64,000 bases of DNA from contig CAWAWS010000024.1 in NCBI GenBank assembly GCA_963785725.1, positions 162,151-226,150 of the forward strand. The letters run 5' to 3'. The stretch's first letter is position 1. Each line of letters starts with the position of its first letter. The position numbers and the translations under genes are program-made. Origin of the DNA: an uncultured delta proteobacterium (GTDB lineage Bacteria; Myxococcota_A; Polyangia; Palsa-1104). Shown piece after piece: positions 1-10,716 of the stretch. Below the pieces are notes generated by a model, which saw nothing but the letters and a program-made list of their open reading frames with translations, had not been told where the DNA came from and did not search any database.

Positions 1-6
1 CAAGTC

Positions 7-585
7 ATGAAGCGCGTCGAGTTCTTCTTCGATCTGGCGTCGCCCTATTCGTATTTGGCGGCGACGCAGCTACCGGAGCTGGCGCGGCGCACCGGCGCGA
101 CGATCGCGTGGCGGCCGTTCGTGCTCGGCGCGGTCATGAAGGCGACGGGCAACGACATGCCGGCGCGCGTGGCCAACAAAGCGCGCTGGATGGGCCAAGA
201 TCTGCAGCGCTGGGCGGCGCATTACGGCATCCCGTGGCAGATGACGTCGCACTTTCCGCTCAACACGGTCAAGGCGATGCGGCTCGTGCTCCTCGACGAG
301 ACCAAGGCGGAGACGGTGGCGCTGGCGGCGTTTCGCGCGCTGTGGGCCGAGGATCGCAACATCACCGAGGAGCCCGAGCTGCGGCGGATTGCGGCCGCGG
401 GCGGGCTCGACGTGACGACGGCGTTGGTGGCGATCGAAGACGCGCGCATCAAGGATCGGCTGCGCGCGAACACCGACGAGGCGATCGCGCGCGGAGCGTT
501 CGGCGCGCCGACGATGCTGGTGGACGAGCAGCTGTTCTGGGGCAACGATCGCCTGCAGTTCGTCGAAGCGGCGCTGAAAGCGTAG
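7..585 (+). CDS. 2-hydroxychromene-2-carboxylate isomerase / GST-kappa (DsbA-like) family protein
   Basis: N-terminal FFFDLASPYSY and C-terminal GAFGAPT...FWGNDRL motifs. Confidence 0.9.
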   Translation: MKRVEFFFDLASPYSYLAATQLPELARRTGATIAWRPFVLGAVMKATGNDMPARVANKARWMGQDLQRWAAHYGIPWQMTSHFPLNTVKAMRLVLLDETKAETVALAAFRALWAEDRNITEEPELRRIAAAGGLDVTTALVAIEDARIKDRLRANTDEAIARGAFGAPTMLVDEQLFWGNDRLQFVEAALKA

Positions 586-751
586 CGACATTCGCGGACG
601 ACACGGCGCCGTTTGCCGCTCGCGTCGTCGATGCGGCGAGCGCGCCGTGCAGTTCCGCCGCGGCAGTCGGCGCGGCCGCCGGCGACGCGAGCGTTGGCGC
701 TGCAGGGTCGGCGCGGCGAGCGCGCCCCATCACCTGCGGCCGCAGTAGCCG

Positions 752-1201
752 TTACAGCTGTTTGCTTAGGTGGACGGCGGTGCCCCAGTCGCGGACGGTC
801 TCCTTCCACGACGTGTAGCCGAGCCCGCGATAGAGCGCGAGCGCGCCCCCGTTGTCGACGCCGGTGTAGAGCGTCAGCGTGCCGAAGCCGCGACCGCGCG
901 CCTCGTTCTCGACGTGCTCGGTCAAGACGCGCCCGAGGCCGCGCCGCCGCTCGGAAGGCGCGACGACGAGGCTGGTGACACAGGCGCGGCTCCGGCCGTC
1001 GGCGATGTCGGGCTCGTCGTGGACGAGGACGAGCGCGACCATCCCGACGTCGACGCCGTCGCGCACGGCGATCCACAAGACGCGACGGCCGGCGGCGGCT
1101 TCGGCGAGCCAGGCGTCGACCAGATCGGCGTCCCAACCGGCGACCTGTCGTAGCGCGACCAAGCGTTGCCGATCGCGTTCGACGGCGAGCTCGACGCGCA
1201 T
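752..1201 (-). CDS. GNAT family N-acetyltransferase
   Basis: Motif A VVAPSERRRGLGR and NGGALALYRGLGY; ATG at 1201 overlaps the pilD stop (TGATG). Confidence 0.88.
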   Translation of the reverse strand: MRVELAVERDRQRLVALRQVAGWDADLVDAWLAEAAAGRRVLWIAVRDGVDVGMVALVLVHDEPDIADGRSRACVTSLVVAPSERRRGLGRVLTEHVENEARGRGFGTLTLYTGVDNGGALALYRGLGYTSWKETVRDWGTAVHLSKQL

Positions 1202-2029
1202 CAAAAGAGCACGAGGGACAAAATCTCGCGGCCGAAGAACAAGTACACGAGCGCAGCGGCGGCGAGGAACGGACCGTACGGCACCTCGACACCGGCGACG
1301 CGACCGCGGCGGACGATGAGCGCCGGAACGACCACGCCGACACCGATGACGGCGGCGCCGAAGTAGCTGAAGAAGACGGCCTTCCAGCCGAGCAGCGCGC
1401 CGACCATCATGAGCAGCTTGGCGTCGCCGTAGCCCATCGCTTCGCGGCCGAGCAGCCAATAGCCGAGCTCGGCGGTGAGGGCGACGCTGCCGTAGCCGGC
1501 GACCATGCCGATGACGGCGCTCGACGGGTGAATGTCGCGCAAGACGAGGGCGAAGACGAAGAATACGGGAACGGCCGGGTAGGTGATGCTGTCGGGAATG
1601 ATCTTGTGGTCGAGATCGATTCCAGAGATGACGATCATCGAGCCCGTGAACGTGAAATAGACGAGGAAATGCGCGACGCGCGAGACGACGTCGCCTTGGC
1701 CGTCGATGACGAAGCGCCAATAGACGGCCAGCGCCAAGAGCAGCGTCAAGAGCTCGACGAGGGGATAGCGAATGGAGATCGGCAGCGCGCAGTGGCGACA
1801 TTTTCCGCCGAGGATGAGCCAGCCGAAGATGGGGATGTTGTCGCGCGGCGGCGATGCCGTGGCCACAGCGCGGGCAGTGCGACGGCGGATGGACGACCGA
1901 TTCGTACAGCCCGAGACGATGGATGGCGACGTTGAAGAAGCTGCCCCATAACGCGCCGGTGAGGCCGGCCACCAGCCAACCCCAAGGCGGCAGCACGAGA
2001 AGCGCCAGCGGTCCGTCGACGTCAGGCAT
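1201..2029 (-). CDS. pilD: Prepilin peptidase (A24), frameshifted near 1845-1855
   Basis: GSFFNVAIHRL...SHCPRCGH in one frame; DNIPIFGWLILGGKCRHC, GIDLDHKIIP, MGYGDAKL, PYGPFL in the next frame. Confidence 0.9.
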
Positions 2030-2068
2030 CGCGAGCGAGCATAGCAAACCGTGCTAGCGTTAGCCCGA

Positions 2069-2900
2069 ATGCGTCGTCTGCTTCCGTTCGTGCTCGTCGT
2101 CGGCTGTCATTCGTCGGGCCAAGAGAACCTCGGTTTGTCGGGCCAAACGACGACGGTCGACGTGGCCAAGCTGGCGCAGCCGGACGAGCTGGTGCGCGCG
2201 CTGTCGCTGTCGGGCAATGACTTGGACGCGCGCTTGGGCGCGCACAAGATGGACGCGTCGTCGACGTTGAAGCTGGAGTCGGCGGCGCACGAGTCGCAGG
2301 CGCTCGACGAGACCTTCGCCGTCGAGGCCAATGGCGCGGGCGACGTCCATCTGCTGCATGACAACTCGCGCGGCAACGGCTTCGAGGCGCTGGCGACGGG
2401 CGGTCAGCTGTACGTCAAGCCGCGTTACGGCCGTTTCGTGCATCGGCGCATCGAGGGTGACGAGCTGTCGCGGCTGCGGGTCGCGGCCGAGACTCCGGCG
2501 GCGGCGTACGTGCGGCTCTTGTCGCCGTGGCTGCAAATTCACGAGGCGGGCGCGGTGTCGGTGGCCGGTCACGCGGGCCTCAAGCTGAAGCTGAGCGCGC
2601 GGACGTCCCCGTCGTCGACGCCGACCGAGACCGAGCCGGGCAAGCAGTGGCGCAAGACACTGCAGGTGCGCTTCGTCGACGGCGATATCGTGCTCGATGC
2701 CAAGACGGGCGCGCCGCTGCAAGTGCGGCTCGACGCGGCATACGGCTTTATGCGCGACGGTAACCGATGCAGGCGACGCTGTCGTTCAAGCAGGCGACGA
2801 CGTCGGCGACGTCGGCGATTTCGCCGCCGGCCGACTTCGCCGAGCTCGGGCGGGCGCGGCCCATCCTCGACAAGCAGCAGCTGCTCGAGGCCTCAAGTGA
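2069..2900 (+). CDS. Putative lipoprotein; two apparent single-base deletions (~2762, ~2890)
   Basis: MRRLLPFVLVVGC lipobox-like start; coding-like sequence resumes in another frame as MQATLSFKQ...LDKQQLLE and would end at TGA 2898-2900. Confidence 0.6.
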
Positions 2901-3165
2901 CGACCGCCGGATTATCGGGCGTCAGAGCGGTGCGCTCGCGCAAGGCGCGAGTGACCGCCGCCGCATTGTCTGCCGCCTGCGCTGCTCGCACCGGCAACGT
3001 TCGAGTAACCGCCATCGTTTCGTCGACCGTAAGCGCTGCTGGCACTCGCAATGCTCGCGTAACCACTGCCGGTTCGTCAGCCGTCAACGCTGCTCGCGCG
3101 TGCGACGCTCGCGTGACTGCCGCCGGTTCGTCCGCCGCTAAACTGCGCTCGCGCGAAGGGCTCAC
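2897..3165 (+). repeat. Five degenerate 54-bp tandem repeats forming a 90-codon ORF (2897-3169)
   Basis: Units start GTGAC/GTAAC at 2897, 2951, 3005, 3059, 3113; peptide period 18 aa (RVT-A-x-x-S...). Confidence 0.8.
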
Positions 3166-3816
3166 GTGAACGAAGCGACACGACATCTCGGCGCCCACCG
3201 CACGCTGATTCTCGGCCGCGCGCTGCTCGCCGGCGCCGCCGGATTGGTGCCGGTTCCGTATCTCGACGATTTGCTGGCCGGCGGCGTGCGCTCGCAGCTG
3301 CTGCGCAGGCTGGCCGAGCTCAACCACGTCGACCTCGACGGCAACGCCGTGGCCGCGCTGGCGACCCCGACGCCGTCGCATCTGCTCGGCGCGGCCGGCC
3401 TCGGCGCCGCCGCGCTCGGTGGCGCCAAGCGCGTCTGGCGGCATGTCGCGGCGTCGATCCTGGTCGTCCGCCGCGCCGACGAAGCGATCGAGACCTTCCA
3501 GATTGGTACGCTCTTCGATCACTACTGCACGCGTCATCATGTCGGCCTCGGCGTCGACGGCGCCAAAGGGCTGAAGCTGCGCACGACCATGGAGCAGGCG
3601 ATTCGCCATGCGCGCGGGCAGGCGTTCGAAGCCAACTTCCGCCGCGCCATCGAGTCGACGCGCAAGCTGGCCGCGCGCTTCCGTCGCCGCGCCATCGACG
3701 AGCAGATCGAGGCCGAGCTGGCCGGTCCGGCGTCGGCGTACGTCGCGGCGCTCTTGGGCGCGTTCGACGTGGCGTGGGCGCCGCACAAGCAGGCGCAGCT
3801 CGAAGGCCACAAGTGA
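3166..3816 (+). CDS. Hypothetical protein
   Basis: 216-aa ORF with GTGA overlaps on both sides; LVPVPYLDD motif. Confidence 0.7.
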   Translation: MNEATRHLGAHRTLILGRALLAGAAGLVPVPYLDDLLAGGVRSQLLRRLAELNHVDLDGNAVAALATPTPSHLLGAAGLGAAALGGAKRVWRHVAASILVVRRADEAIETFQIGTLFDHYCTRHHVGLGVDGAKGLKLRTTMEQAIRHARGQAFEANFRRAIESTRKLAARFRRRAIDEQIEAELAGPASAYVAALLGAFDVAWAPHKQAQLEGHK

Positions 3817-4920
3817 AGCAGCGCTCCGATTTGCGCGCCGTCGAGCGCGTCGTCATCAAGATCGGCTCGCGCCTGCTCGCCGAGGACATCGAGGCCCGCG
3901 TCACGTCGCTCGCCGGCGAAGCCAAGCTCTTGCGCGACCGCGGCATCGACGTCGTCATCGTCACCTCGGGCGCCATCGCGCTCGGCTGGCGACGCCTCGG
4001 CTACCCCGAAAAGCCGCGCACGATTCCGGCGCTGCAAGCCTCCGCCGCCGTCGGACAGGGCCATCTCATCCACGCCTGGCAGCGCGCGCTCGCGGCCCAC
4101 GGCCTCGCCGCCGGCCAGCTGCTCCTGACCCACGACGACGTGCGCAACCGCCGCCGCTATCTCAACGCGCGCCTGGCCTTCGCCGAGCTCTTGCGCGCCG
4201 GCGCCATGCCCGTCGTCAACGAGAACGACACCGTCAGCGTCGACGAGATCAAATTCGGCGACAACGATCGCCTGGCCGCCTTGTGCACGTCGCTCGTCGA
4301 AGCCGACGCGCTCGTCATCCTCACCGACGTCGACGGCCTCTACGACGGCGATCCGGCCAGCGGCGCCCGCCTCATCCCCGAAGTGCGCGACATCGACAAG
4401 GAAGCCGTCGCCGTCGCCGGCGGCTCGGTCGGCGGCTTCGGCACCGGCGGCATGGCCTCGAAAGTCCAGGCCGCCAAGATCGCCGGCCGCTTCGGCGTCG
4501 TCACCGTCGTCGCCAGCGGCCGTCGCGAGCGCCCAGTCTCCAGCATTCTCGACGGCGAAGCGAGCGGCACCGTCTTTTGGCCCAGCGTCTCGCGCCTGCA
4601 AAGTCGTAAACATTGGATCGCCTACGCCCTCAAGCCCGCCGGCACGCTCGTCGTCGACGGCGGCGCCCGGCGCGCGCTCGTCGACGGCAAGAAGTCGCTC
4701 CTGCCGTCCGGCGTCCGCCGCGTCGACGGCAAGTTCGGCGCCGGCGATCCGGTGCGCGTCATCGACGAAACCGGCGCCGAGTTCGCCCGCGGCCTGTGCG
4801 CCTTCGACGCCGACGAGGTCGAGCGTATCGCCGGTAAACGTTCATCCGAGATCGCCGCGTTGCTCGGATACGCCGTCCGTCGAGGAAGTCATCCACCGCG
4901 ACGATCTCGTGCTGCTATGA
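3813..4920 (+). CDS. proB: Glutamate 5-kinase, frameshift near 4875
   Basis: VIKIGS, VTSGAI, NENDTV, FGDNDRLA, GTGGMASK, PUA domain; C-terminus [12 protein letters not shown] lies in another frame. Confidence 0.95.
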
Positions 4921-6181
4921 TTCCCGACGTGAGCCGCTCCGAAGTCGACATCGCGCAGATCGCCCGCGACGCCCGCAGCGCCGGCCGCGCCGTCGCCAAG
5001 GCGGGCGAGCGAGCGCCGCACCGCCGCGCTCATCGCCATCGCCGACGCCATCGATCGCCGCCGCGCCGAGATCCTCGCCGGCAACGCGGAAGACGTCGCC
5101 ATCGCCGCCAGCTTGCCCAAGGCCATGCAGGATCGCCTGCGCCTCGACGACAAGCGACTCGACGTCATCGCCGCCGCCGTCCGCGAGGTGGCCGCGCTCC
5201 CCGATCCAGTCGGTCAGACCGTGAAGTCGTGGACGCGACCCAACGGCTTGCAGATCGCCCGCCGCCGCATCCCGCTCGGCGTCATCGCAATCATCTACGA
5301 GTCGCGCCCCAACGTCACCACCGACGCCGCCGCGCTGTGCCTGCGGGCCGGCAACGCCGTCATCCTGCGCGGCGGCTCCGAAGCGATCCACTCCAACCGC
5401 GCCTTGGCCGCCGCCGTTTCCGACGGCCTCGCCGCGGTCGGCCTGCCCGAAAAAGCGGTGCAGCTCATTCCCGACCACCGATCGCGCGGCGATGGCCGAA
5501 TTGCTGACGCGTGACGAGGAGATAGACCTCGTCATCCCGCGCGGCGGCGAGTCGCTCATCCGCTTCGTCGCCGAGCACTCGCGCATCCCGGTCATCAAGC
5601 ATTACCGCGGCAATTGTCACGTTTTTGTCGAGCGCAGCGCCGATCCCGGCATGGCGCTCGAAATCTGCTACAATTCGAAGGTGCAGCGACCCGGCGTATG
5701 CAACGCCGCGGAGACGATCCTGGTAGACGAAGCGATCGCGGCCTCTTTTCTCCCGCAGCTCGCGCAACGCCTCGGCGCCGCCGGGGTCGAGCTTCGCGGT
5801 GACGACCGAGCCCGGGCTGTCGTCCCGGCCTGGAAAGCTGCCGATGATAATGATTTCGCAGCCGAATTCCTCGATCTCGTGTGCGCGGTCGGCGTCGTCG
5901 ACGGCGTCTCCGGCGCGGTTCGGCACATCGAGCGCTGGAGCTCGTCGCACACCGAGTCGATCGTCACCCGCGACGATAACGCCGCCCAGCGCTTCATTAA
6001 CGAGATCGACTCGAGCTGCGTCATGGTAAATGCATCCACCCGCTTTGCCGATGGCGGCGAGCTCGGGCTGGGCGCCGAAATCGGAATCTCCACGACAAGG
6101 TTGCATGCCTACGGGCCAATGGGCGCCGAGGAGTTGACGACCACCAAATTCGTGGTCATTGGAGAGGGACACACTCGCTAG
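4917..6181 (+). CDS. proA: Gamma-glutamyl phosphate reductase, frameshifts near 5008 and 5470
   Basis: [64 protein letters not shown] spread over three frames. Confidence 0.95.
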
Positions 6182-6196
6182 GAGGCGAAGACGGAA

Positions 6197-6586
6197 TTGA
6201 GAAGCAGAGAATTGGCGATGGCGGCGATGGAGGCAGCGCTCGACAAGAAGGCGCTCGAGCCGGTGCTCCTCGACGTAAGCGAGCAGTCCACCTACACCGA
6301 TTTCATCTTGGTGCTGTCGGGACGTAGCGACCGCCACGTGCAGGCGGTGGCCGACGCGGTTGCGATGACGCTCAAGCAGGACCAAGGGCTGATCCCATTC
6401 GGCGTCGAAGGCAACAAAGACGGCCAGTGGGCGCTGCTCGACTTCGGAGACCTGGTCGTTCACGTGTTCTACCACCCGATGCGCGAGTTCTACGACCTCG
6501 AGGGTCTGTGGATTGATGCGCCGCGGGTTCCCGTCGACATTCCGCCCGATTCCCGGGTCGCCGTCGACGAAATGTACGGCACGTAG
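6197..6586 (+). CDS. rsfS: Ribosome silencing factor
   Basis: DKKA..., SDRHVQAVAD, WALLDFGDLVVHVF...REFYDLEGLW. Confidence 0.95.
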   Translation: MRSRELAMAAMEAALDKKALEPVLLDVSEQSTYTDFILVLSGRSDRHVQAVADAVAMTLKQDQGLIPFGVEGNKDGQWALLDFGDLVVHVFYHPMREFYDLEGLWIDAPRVPVDIPPDSRVAVDEMYGT

Positions 6587-6592
6587 GCCGCT

Positions 6593-7018
6593 CTGAAGCT
6601 CAGCATCGTTGCCGTCGGCAAGCTCAAGGACGCCTGGGTGCAGGCGGGCTGCGACGAGTATGCCCGCCGCCTGCGCGGTAAATTCCCCCTCGAAATCATC
6701 GAAGCCAAAGACGACGCCGATTTGACGCGCCGCCTGCCGCCGCGTTTCAAGCGTTGGGCGCTCGACGAGCACGGCAAAGAGCTCACCTCCGACGAGCTGG
6801 CGCAAACGCTCTCCAAAATCATGAACAGCGGCGAGCATGGTGTCTCCTTCGTGATCGGCGGCGCCGACGGATTGCCGCGCGAGCTCGTGCGCGGCTCCGA
6901 CTTCACGTGGTCACTCGGCAAGCTGACGTTGCCTCATCGTCTCGCTCGCCTTATTGTCGTCGAACAGCTCTACCGCGCCATCTCCATCATCCGCGGCGAG
7001 CCCTACCATCGCCCATGA
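6593..7018 (+). CDS. rlmH: 23S rRNA pseudouridine-1915 N3-methyltransferase (probable CTG start)
   Basis: LKLSIVAVGKLK N-terminus from CTG 6593; FVIGGADG, SLGKLTLPH, EQLYRA, PYHR. Confidence 0.93.
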   Translation: MKLSIVAVGKLKDAWVQAGCDEYARRLRGKFPLEIIEAKDDADLTRRLPPRFKRWALDEHGKELTSDELAQTLSKIMNSGEHGVSFVIGGADGLPRELVRGSDFTWSLGKLTLPHRLARLIVVEQLYRAISIIRGEPYHRP

Positions 7019-8550
7019 CAAAGCCCATCAAACGTACGGTATTGGTCGTTCTCGACGGATTCGGCGAGCGCCCCGATCGCAACGGCAACGCCATCCGTCT
7101 CGCCGAAACCCCCAGCTTCGACCGGCTCTATCGCGAATATCCGCACACGCTCGTCAACACGTCGGGGCTCGCGGTCGGATTGCCCGAAGGTCAAATGGGC
7201 AACAGCGAAGTCGGCCATATGAACATGGGCTCGGGCCGCATCGTTTATCAAGAGCTCACCCGCATCAACAAGTCGATCAGCGACGGTGACTTCTTCGAGA
7301 ACGCCGCGTTGGTGGCCGCCATCGACGGCGCCAAAGCGCGCGGCAAAGCGCTGCACCTCCTTGGCCTGACGAGCCCGGGCGGCGTCCACTCGTCGCTCGA
7401 GCACGCCTACGCCATCCTCGAGCTGTGCAAACGCCGCGGTCTCGACAGAGTCTACTGGCACGCCTTCACCGACGGCCGCGATACGCCCCCCAAGTCCGCC
7501 GCCGCGACACTGCGCGAGATTCAAACGAAGATCGCCGCGATCGGCGTCGGCAGGATCGCCACCGTCGTCGGCCGCTACTTCGCCATGGATCGCGACAACC
7601 GCTGGGATCGCGTCGAGAAAGCCTATCGCCTCTTGACCGCCGGCGAAGGCGAGCGCGCGACCGATCCCGTCGCCGCCGTCGAGAGCCGCTATGCCGCCGG
7701 CGAAAACGACGAGTTCATCAAGCCCATCGTCATCGACGAAAAGGGCCTCTTGTCCGACGGTGACTCGGTCGTCTTCTTCAACTTCCGCGCCGATCGTGCC
7801 CGCGAGATTTCGCGCGCGCTCAACTTCGACGACTTCGACGGCTTCAAGCGCGACGTTCGCGTCAAGCTCGGCAGCTACGTCTGCATGTGCCAGTACGATG
7901 CGTCTTTCGGGCTGCCGATCGCGTTCCCGCCGCAGTCGCTGAAGATGATCCTCGGCGAATATTTGGCGCAGCTCGGCCTCGCGCAGTTCCGCACCGCCGA
8001 GACGGAGAAGTACGCGCACGTCACCTTCTTCTTCAACGGCGGCCGCGAAGAAGCCTTCGCCGGCGAAGAGCGCCGCCTCGTGCAGTCGCCCAAAGACGTG
8101 GCGACCTACGATCTGAAGCCGGAGATGAGCGCCGCCGACGTCGCCGCCGGAGTCTGCCAGGCGATCGAGAGCGAGAAATACGCGTTCATGCTGGTCAACT
8201 TCGCCAACCCGGACATGGTCGGTCACACCGGCGTCTTGCCCGCCGCCATCAGCGCGGTCGATACGATCGATCAATGCATCGGCCGCGTCATTAATAGCGC
8301 CGAGGCGCACGACACCGCGGTCGTCATCACCGCCGATCATGGCAACTGCGAGACCATGCTCGACGAGAACGGCCATCCGCATACGGCGCACACGACGAAC
8401 CCAGTGCCGTTCATCGTCTGCGACGCGGGCCAACGAGGCCACGCGCTGCTCGATGGCGGACGCTTGTGCGACGTCGCGCCGACGGTGCTGTCGCTCATGG
8501 GCTTGCCGCAGCCGAAAGAGATGGAAGGTCACTCGCTCCTCGCACGCTGA
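7015..8550 (+). CDS. gpmI: 2,3-bisphosphoglycerate-independent phosphoglycerate mutase
   Basis: VLDGFG, GQMGNSEVGH, GRYFAMDRD, AETEKYAHVTFF, NPDMVGHTG, TADHGN. Confidence 0.97.
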   Translation: MTKPIKRTVLVVLDGFGERPDRNGNAIRLAETPSFDRLYREYPHTLVNTSGLAVGLPEGQMGNSEVGHMNMGSGRIVYQELTRINKSISDGDFFENAALVAAIDGAKARGKALHLLGLTSPGGVHSSLEHAYAILELCKRRGLDRVYWHAFTDGRDTPPKSAAATLREIQTKIAAIGVGRIATVVGRYFAMDRDNRWDRVEKAYRLLTAGEGERATDPVAAVESRYAAGENDEFIKPIVIDEKGLLSDGDSVVFFNFRADRAREISRALNFDDFDGFKRDVRVKLGSYVCMCQYDASFGLPIAFPPQSLKMILGEYLAQLGLAQFRTAETEKYAHVTFFFNGGREEAFAGEERRLVQSPKDVATYDLKPEMSAADVAAGVCQAIESEKYAFMLVNFANPDMVGHTGVLPAAISAVDTIDQCIGRVINSAEAHDTAVVITADHGNCETMLDENGHPHTAHTTNPVPFIVCDAGQRGHALLDGGRLCDVAPTVLSLMGLPQPKEMEGHSLLAR

Positions 8551-8581
8551 ATTTCTCGGTGCAGTGATACGAGCCAGCGCC

Positions 8582-8617
8582 GAAAGTCTTGCAGACTTTC
8601 TTCGGAATTTTTTCTTT
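8582..8617 (+). terminator. Possible terminator or operator after gpmI
   Basis: GAAAGTCT-TGC-AGACTTTC inverted repeat followed by a T-rich tract. Confidence 0.35.
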
Positions 8618-8660
8618 CGCCGACCACGCAACTTTTTAGAAGCGCCGCCGATGATTGTTC

Positions 8661-9473
8661 ATGTTGCGAACACTCACGCTCGGCGCCCGGCTCGTGCGCG
8701 CGGCGCTCGCGCTCGTCTATCCCAGCCGCTGCACCGCGTGCGATGCGCTCGTCGCGGCTGACGACGCCGCCTTCTGCGACGCGTGCGCGCTGTCGCTGGT
8801 GCCGATTGCGCGCGCCTGCCCGCACTGTGCCCGACCGCTGCCGGCCGCGCTGGCGCCGCCGCCTCCTTGTATAGGCTGTCTACAACGACGGCCGCTCTAT
8901 GACGGCGCGCGGGCGACGTTCGAGTTCGGCGGTGCGGTCGCGCAGGCGATTCGCCGCCTCAAGTGGTCGCAGCTGCCGGAGCTGGCGGCGCCGCTCGGTC
9001 GGCTACTCGAAGAGACGTGGGCCCGCGCGCCGCCGGTCTATCGCGCGATCGATCTGATCGTGCCGGTGCCGCTGCATCCGAAACGCTTGCGCGAGCGCGA
9101 GTTCAATCAGGCGGCGGTGCTGGCGCAGGCGATGAAAGCCGCGGCCAAAGCGCGGGCCGAGGACGATTTGGCGCGCGTCGATCCGTTCGTACGCGGCCAG
9201 GACGCGGCGCGGGCGAAGATTCGGGTCGACACCCGAGCGCTGACGCGCGTGCGCAACACGCCGCCGCAGACCGGGCTCGGCATCGATCAGCGACGGCGAA
9301 ACGTCGTCGGCGCGTTCGTCGTGCGCGACCCGCGCCGCGTGCGCGATCGTCGGGTGTTGCTCGTCGACGACGTGCTCACGACGGGCGCGACCGCCGATGC
9401 GTGTGCGTCGGCGCTCTACAAAGCGGGCGCGACGTCGGTGCTCGTCTTGACTCTTGGAAGAGCGGTGACATGA
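8661..9473 (+). CDS. comF: ComF family protein (double zinc ribbon + PRTase)
   Basis: Four CxxC pairs, VPVPLH, REFNQA, VLLVDDVLTTGAT. Confidence 0.92.
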   Translation: MLRTLTLGARLVRAALALVYPSRCTACDALVAADDAAFCDACALSLVPIARACPHCARPLPAALAPPPPCIGCLQRRPLYDGARATFEFGGAVAQAIRRLKWSQLPELAAPLGRLLEETWARAPPVYRAIDLIVPVPLHPKRLREREFNQAAVLAQAMKAAAKARAEDDLARVDPFVRGQDAARAKIRVDTRALTRVRNTPPQTGLGIDQRRRNVVGAFVVRDPRRVRDRRVLLVDDVLTTGATADACASALYKAGATSVLVLTLGRAVT

Positions 9474-9485
9474 TGGCGCGCTCCA

Positions 9486-9962
9486 ATGGCTGCCGACGCG
9501 AAAAAGACGGAGGACAAGAAGGTCCTCTTGCGCAACAAGCGCGCGCGTCACGACTACTTCGTCGAATGGAGTGTCGAGGCGGGCGTGGTGCTGCAGGGCT
9601 CGGAAGTGAAGTCGCTGCGCGAGGCGAAAGCGACGATGAGCGACGCCTACGCGATGGTGCGTCATGGCGAGGCGTGGCTCGTGAATCTGCAGATCAACGA
9701 GTACGCCTGGGCGAATTACTTCAATCATGCGCCCAAGCGCGACCGCAAGCTGCTCTTGCATCGCAAAGAGATCGAGAAGCTCGACGAAGCGTCGATGCGC
9801 GAGGGCTATACGTTGCTGCCGCTCGAGGTCTATTTGCGCGGTGGACGCATCAAGGTCGAGATCGGCGTCTGCAAAGGCAAGAAGCAGCACGACAAGCGCG
9901 AAGATCAGAAGCGCAAGGACGCTCAGCGCGAGGTCGCGGCGGCCATGCGCAGTCGTCGCTGA
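9486..9962 (+). CDS. smpB: SsrA-binding protein
   Basis: NKRARHDY, EAGVVLQGSEVKSLR, RKLLLHRKEI, GKKQHDKR. Confidence 0.97.
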   Translation: MAADAKKTEDKKVLLRNKRARHDYFVEWSVEAGVVLQGSEVKSLREAKATMSDAYAMVRHGEAWLVNLQINEYAWANYFNHAPKRDRKLLLHRKEIEKLDEASMREGYTLLPLEVYLRGGRIKVEIGVCKGKKQHDKREDQKRKDAQREVAAAMRSRR

Positions 9963-10033
9963 CGCAGGCTGCCGTCGCCGATCGCCTCACGGCCGTAAAT
10001 GTTCGCGCGCTGGCCGAGCGGACATGGCGCGCT

Positions 10034-10687
10034 CTACGCCTGATGTTTGGCCGGCTTTTCGAGGCTGCGTCGCAAGCTGCGCACGAAGGCTTCGCCCTTG
10101 CGGCGAATCGATTGAGCGGCGCCGAGCAGTTGCAGCGGCAGCGCCAGCAAGCGGCCGAACCGCGGGATGAGGTGGGAGCCGAGCCGCGTCTGCGCCGGCA
10201 GCGGCGCGGTCAGCGGCATCGGCGCCAGCGTCTGCAGCGGCACGTCGAAGCGTGGACGGCCGTTTTGCAGCTGCGCCAGCGTCGACGTCATCTCTTGACC
10301 GAGCGCCTCGAGCTGGTCGTCGTTCATGAGCCGGCGAACCTTGGGAAACAGCTCCGTACGCTCCTCGTGCACGTGCTCATCAACCTCCGCTTGAAGCCCG
10401 CGCAGCTTGTCGCGAAAGCCGTCGCCGGCGACGGGCGCAACCAGGCACGCGGCCAGCTTCCGCTTGATGCCGAGGTGCTCCGCCAGCGAGCGCCGCAAGA
10501 TCTTCTCGGTGTCGGCTTCATTGACCGCGGGATAGAAGTGCAGCTCCTCGATGCTGGCGTGAATCGCCAGCAAATCGGCCACATCATTAAAGAGCGGTTG
10601 ACGGTCGGCGCCCTTGGCCTGCTGCAGACGCTCGAAGAGCGTGTCGATGTCGCGGTGCTGCGTCTCGAGCAGATCGATGGCATTCAT
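10034..10687 (-). CDS. Hemerythrin (HHE) domain protein
   Basis: MNAIDLLETQH, HASIEELHFYP, EH, HVHEERTELFP; GAGGA RBS upstream. Confidence 0.88.
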   Translation of the reverse strand: MNAIDLLETQHRDIDTLFERLQQAKGADRQPLFNDVADLLAIHASIEELHFYPAVNEADTEKILRRSLAEHLGIKRKLAACLVAPVAGDGFRDKLRGLQAEVDEHVHEERTELFPKVRRLMNDDQLEALGQEMTSTLAQLQNGRPRFDVPLQTLAPMPLTAPLPAQTRLGSHLIPRFGRLLALPLQLLGAAQSIRRKGEAFVRSLRRSLEKPAKHQA

Positions 10688-10716
10688 CGGCTGAAATCCT
10701 CCTCGGTTGACAGTCT

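Noticed and set aside
2897..3165. CRISPR array interpretation of the 54-bp periodicity
   Set aside because: Similarity extends across whole units, with no constant repeat and unique spacer structure; no cas genes in the window
4870..5475. Programmed frameshifting in proB/proA
   Set aside because: No slippery heptamers, and the indels cluster across unrelated genes; better explained as sequence error
9963..10033. tmRNA (ssrA) after smpB
   Set aside because: The gap is only ~70 bp and lacks tmRNA termini
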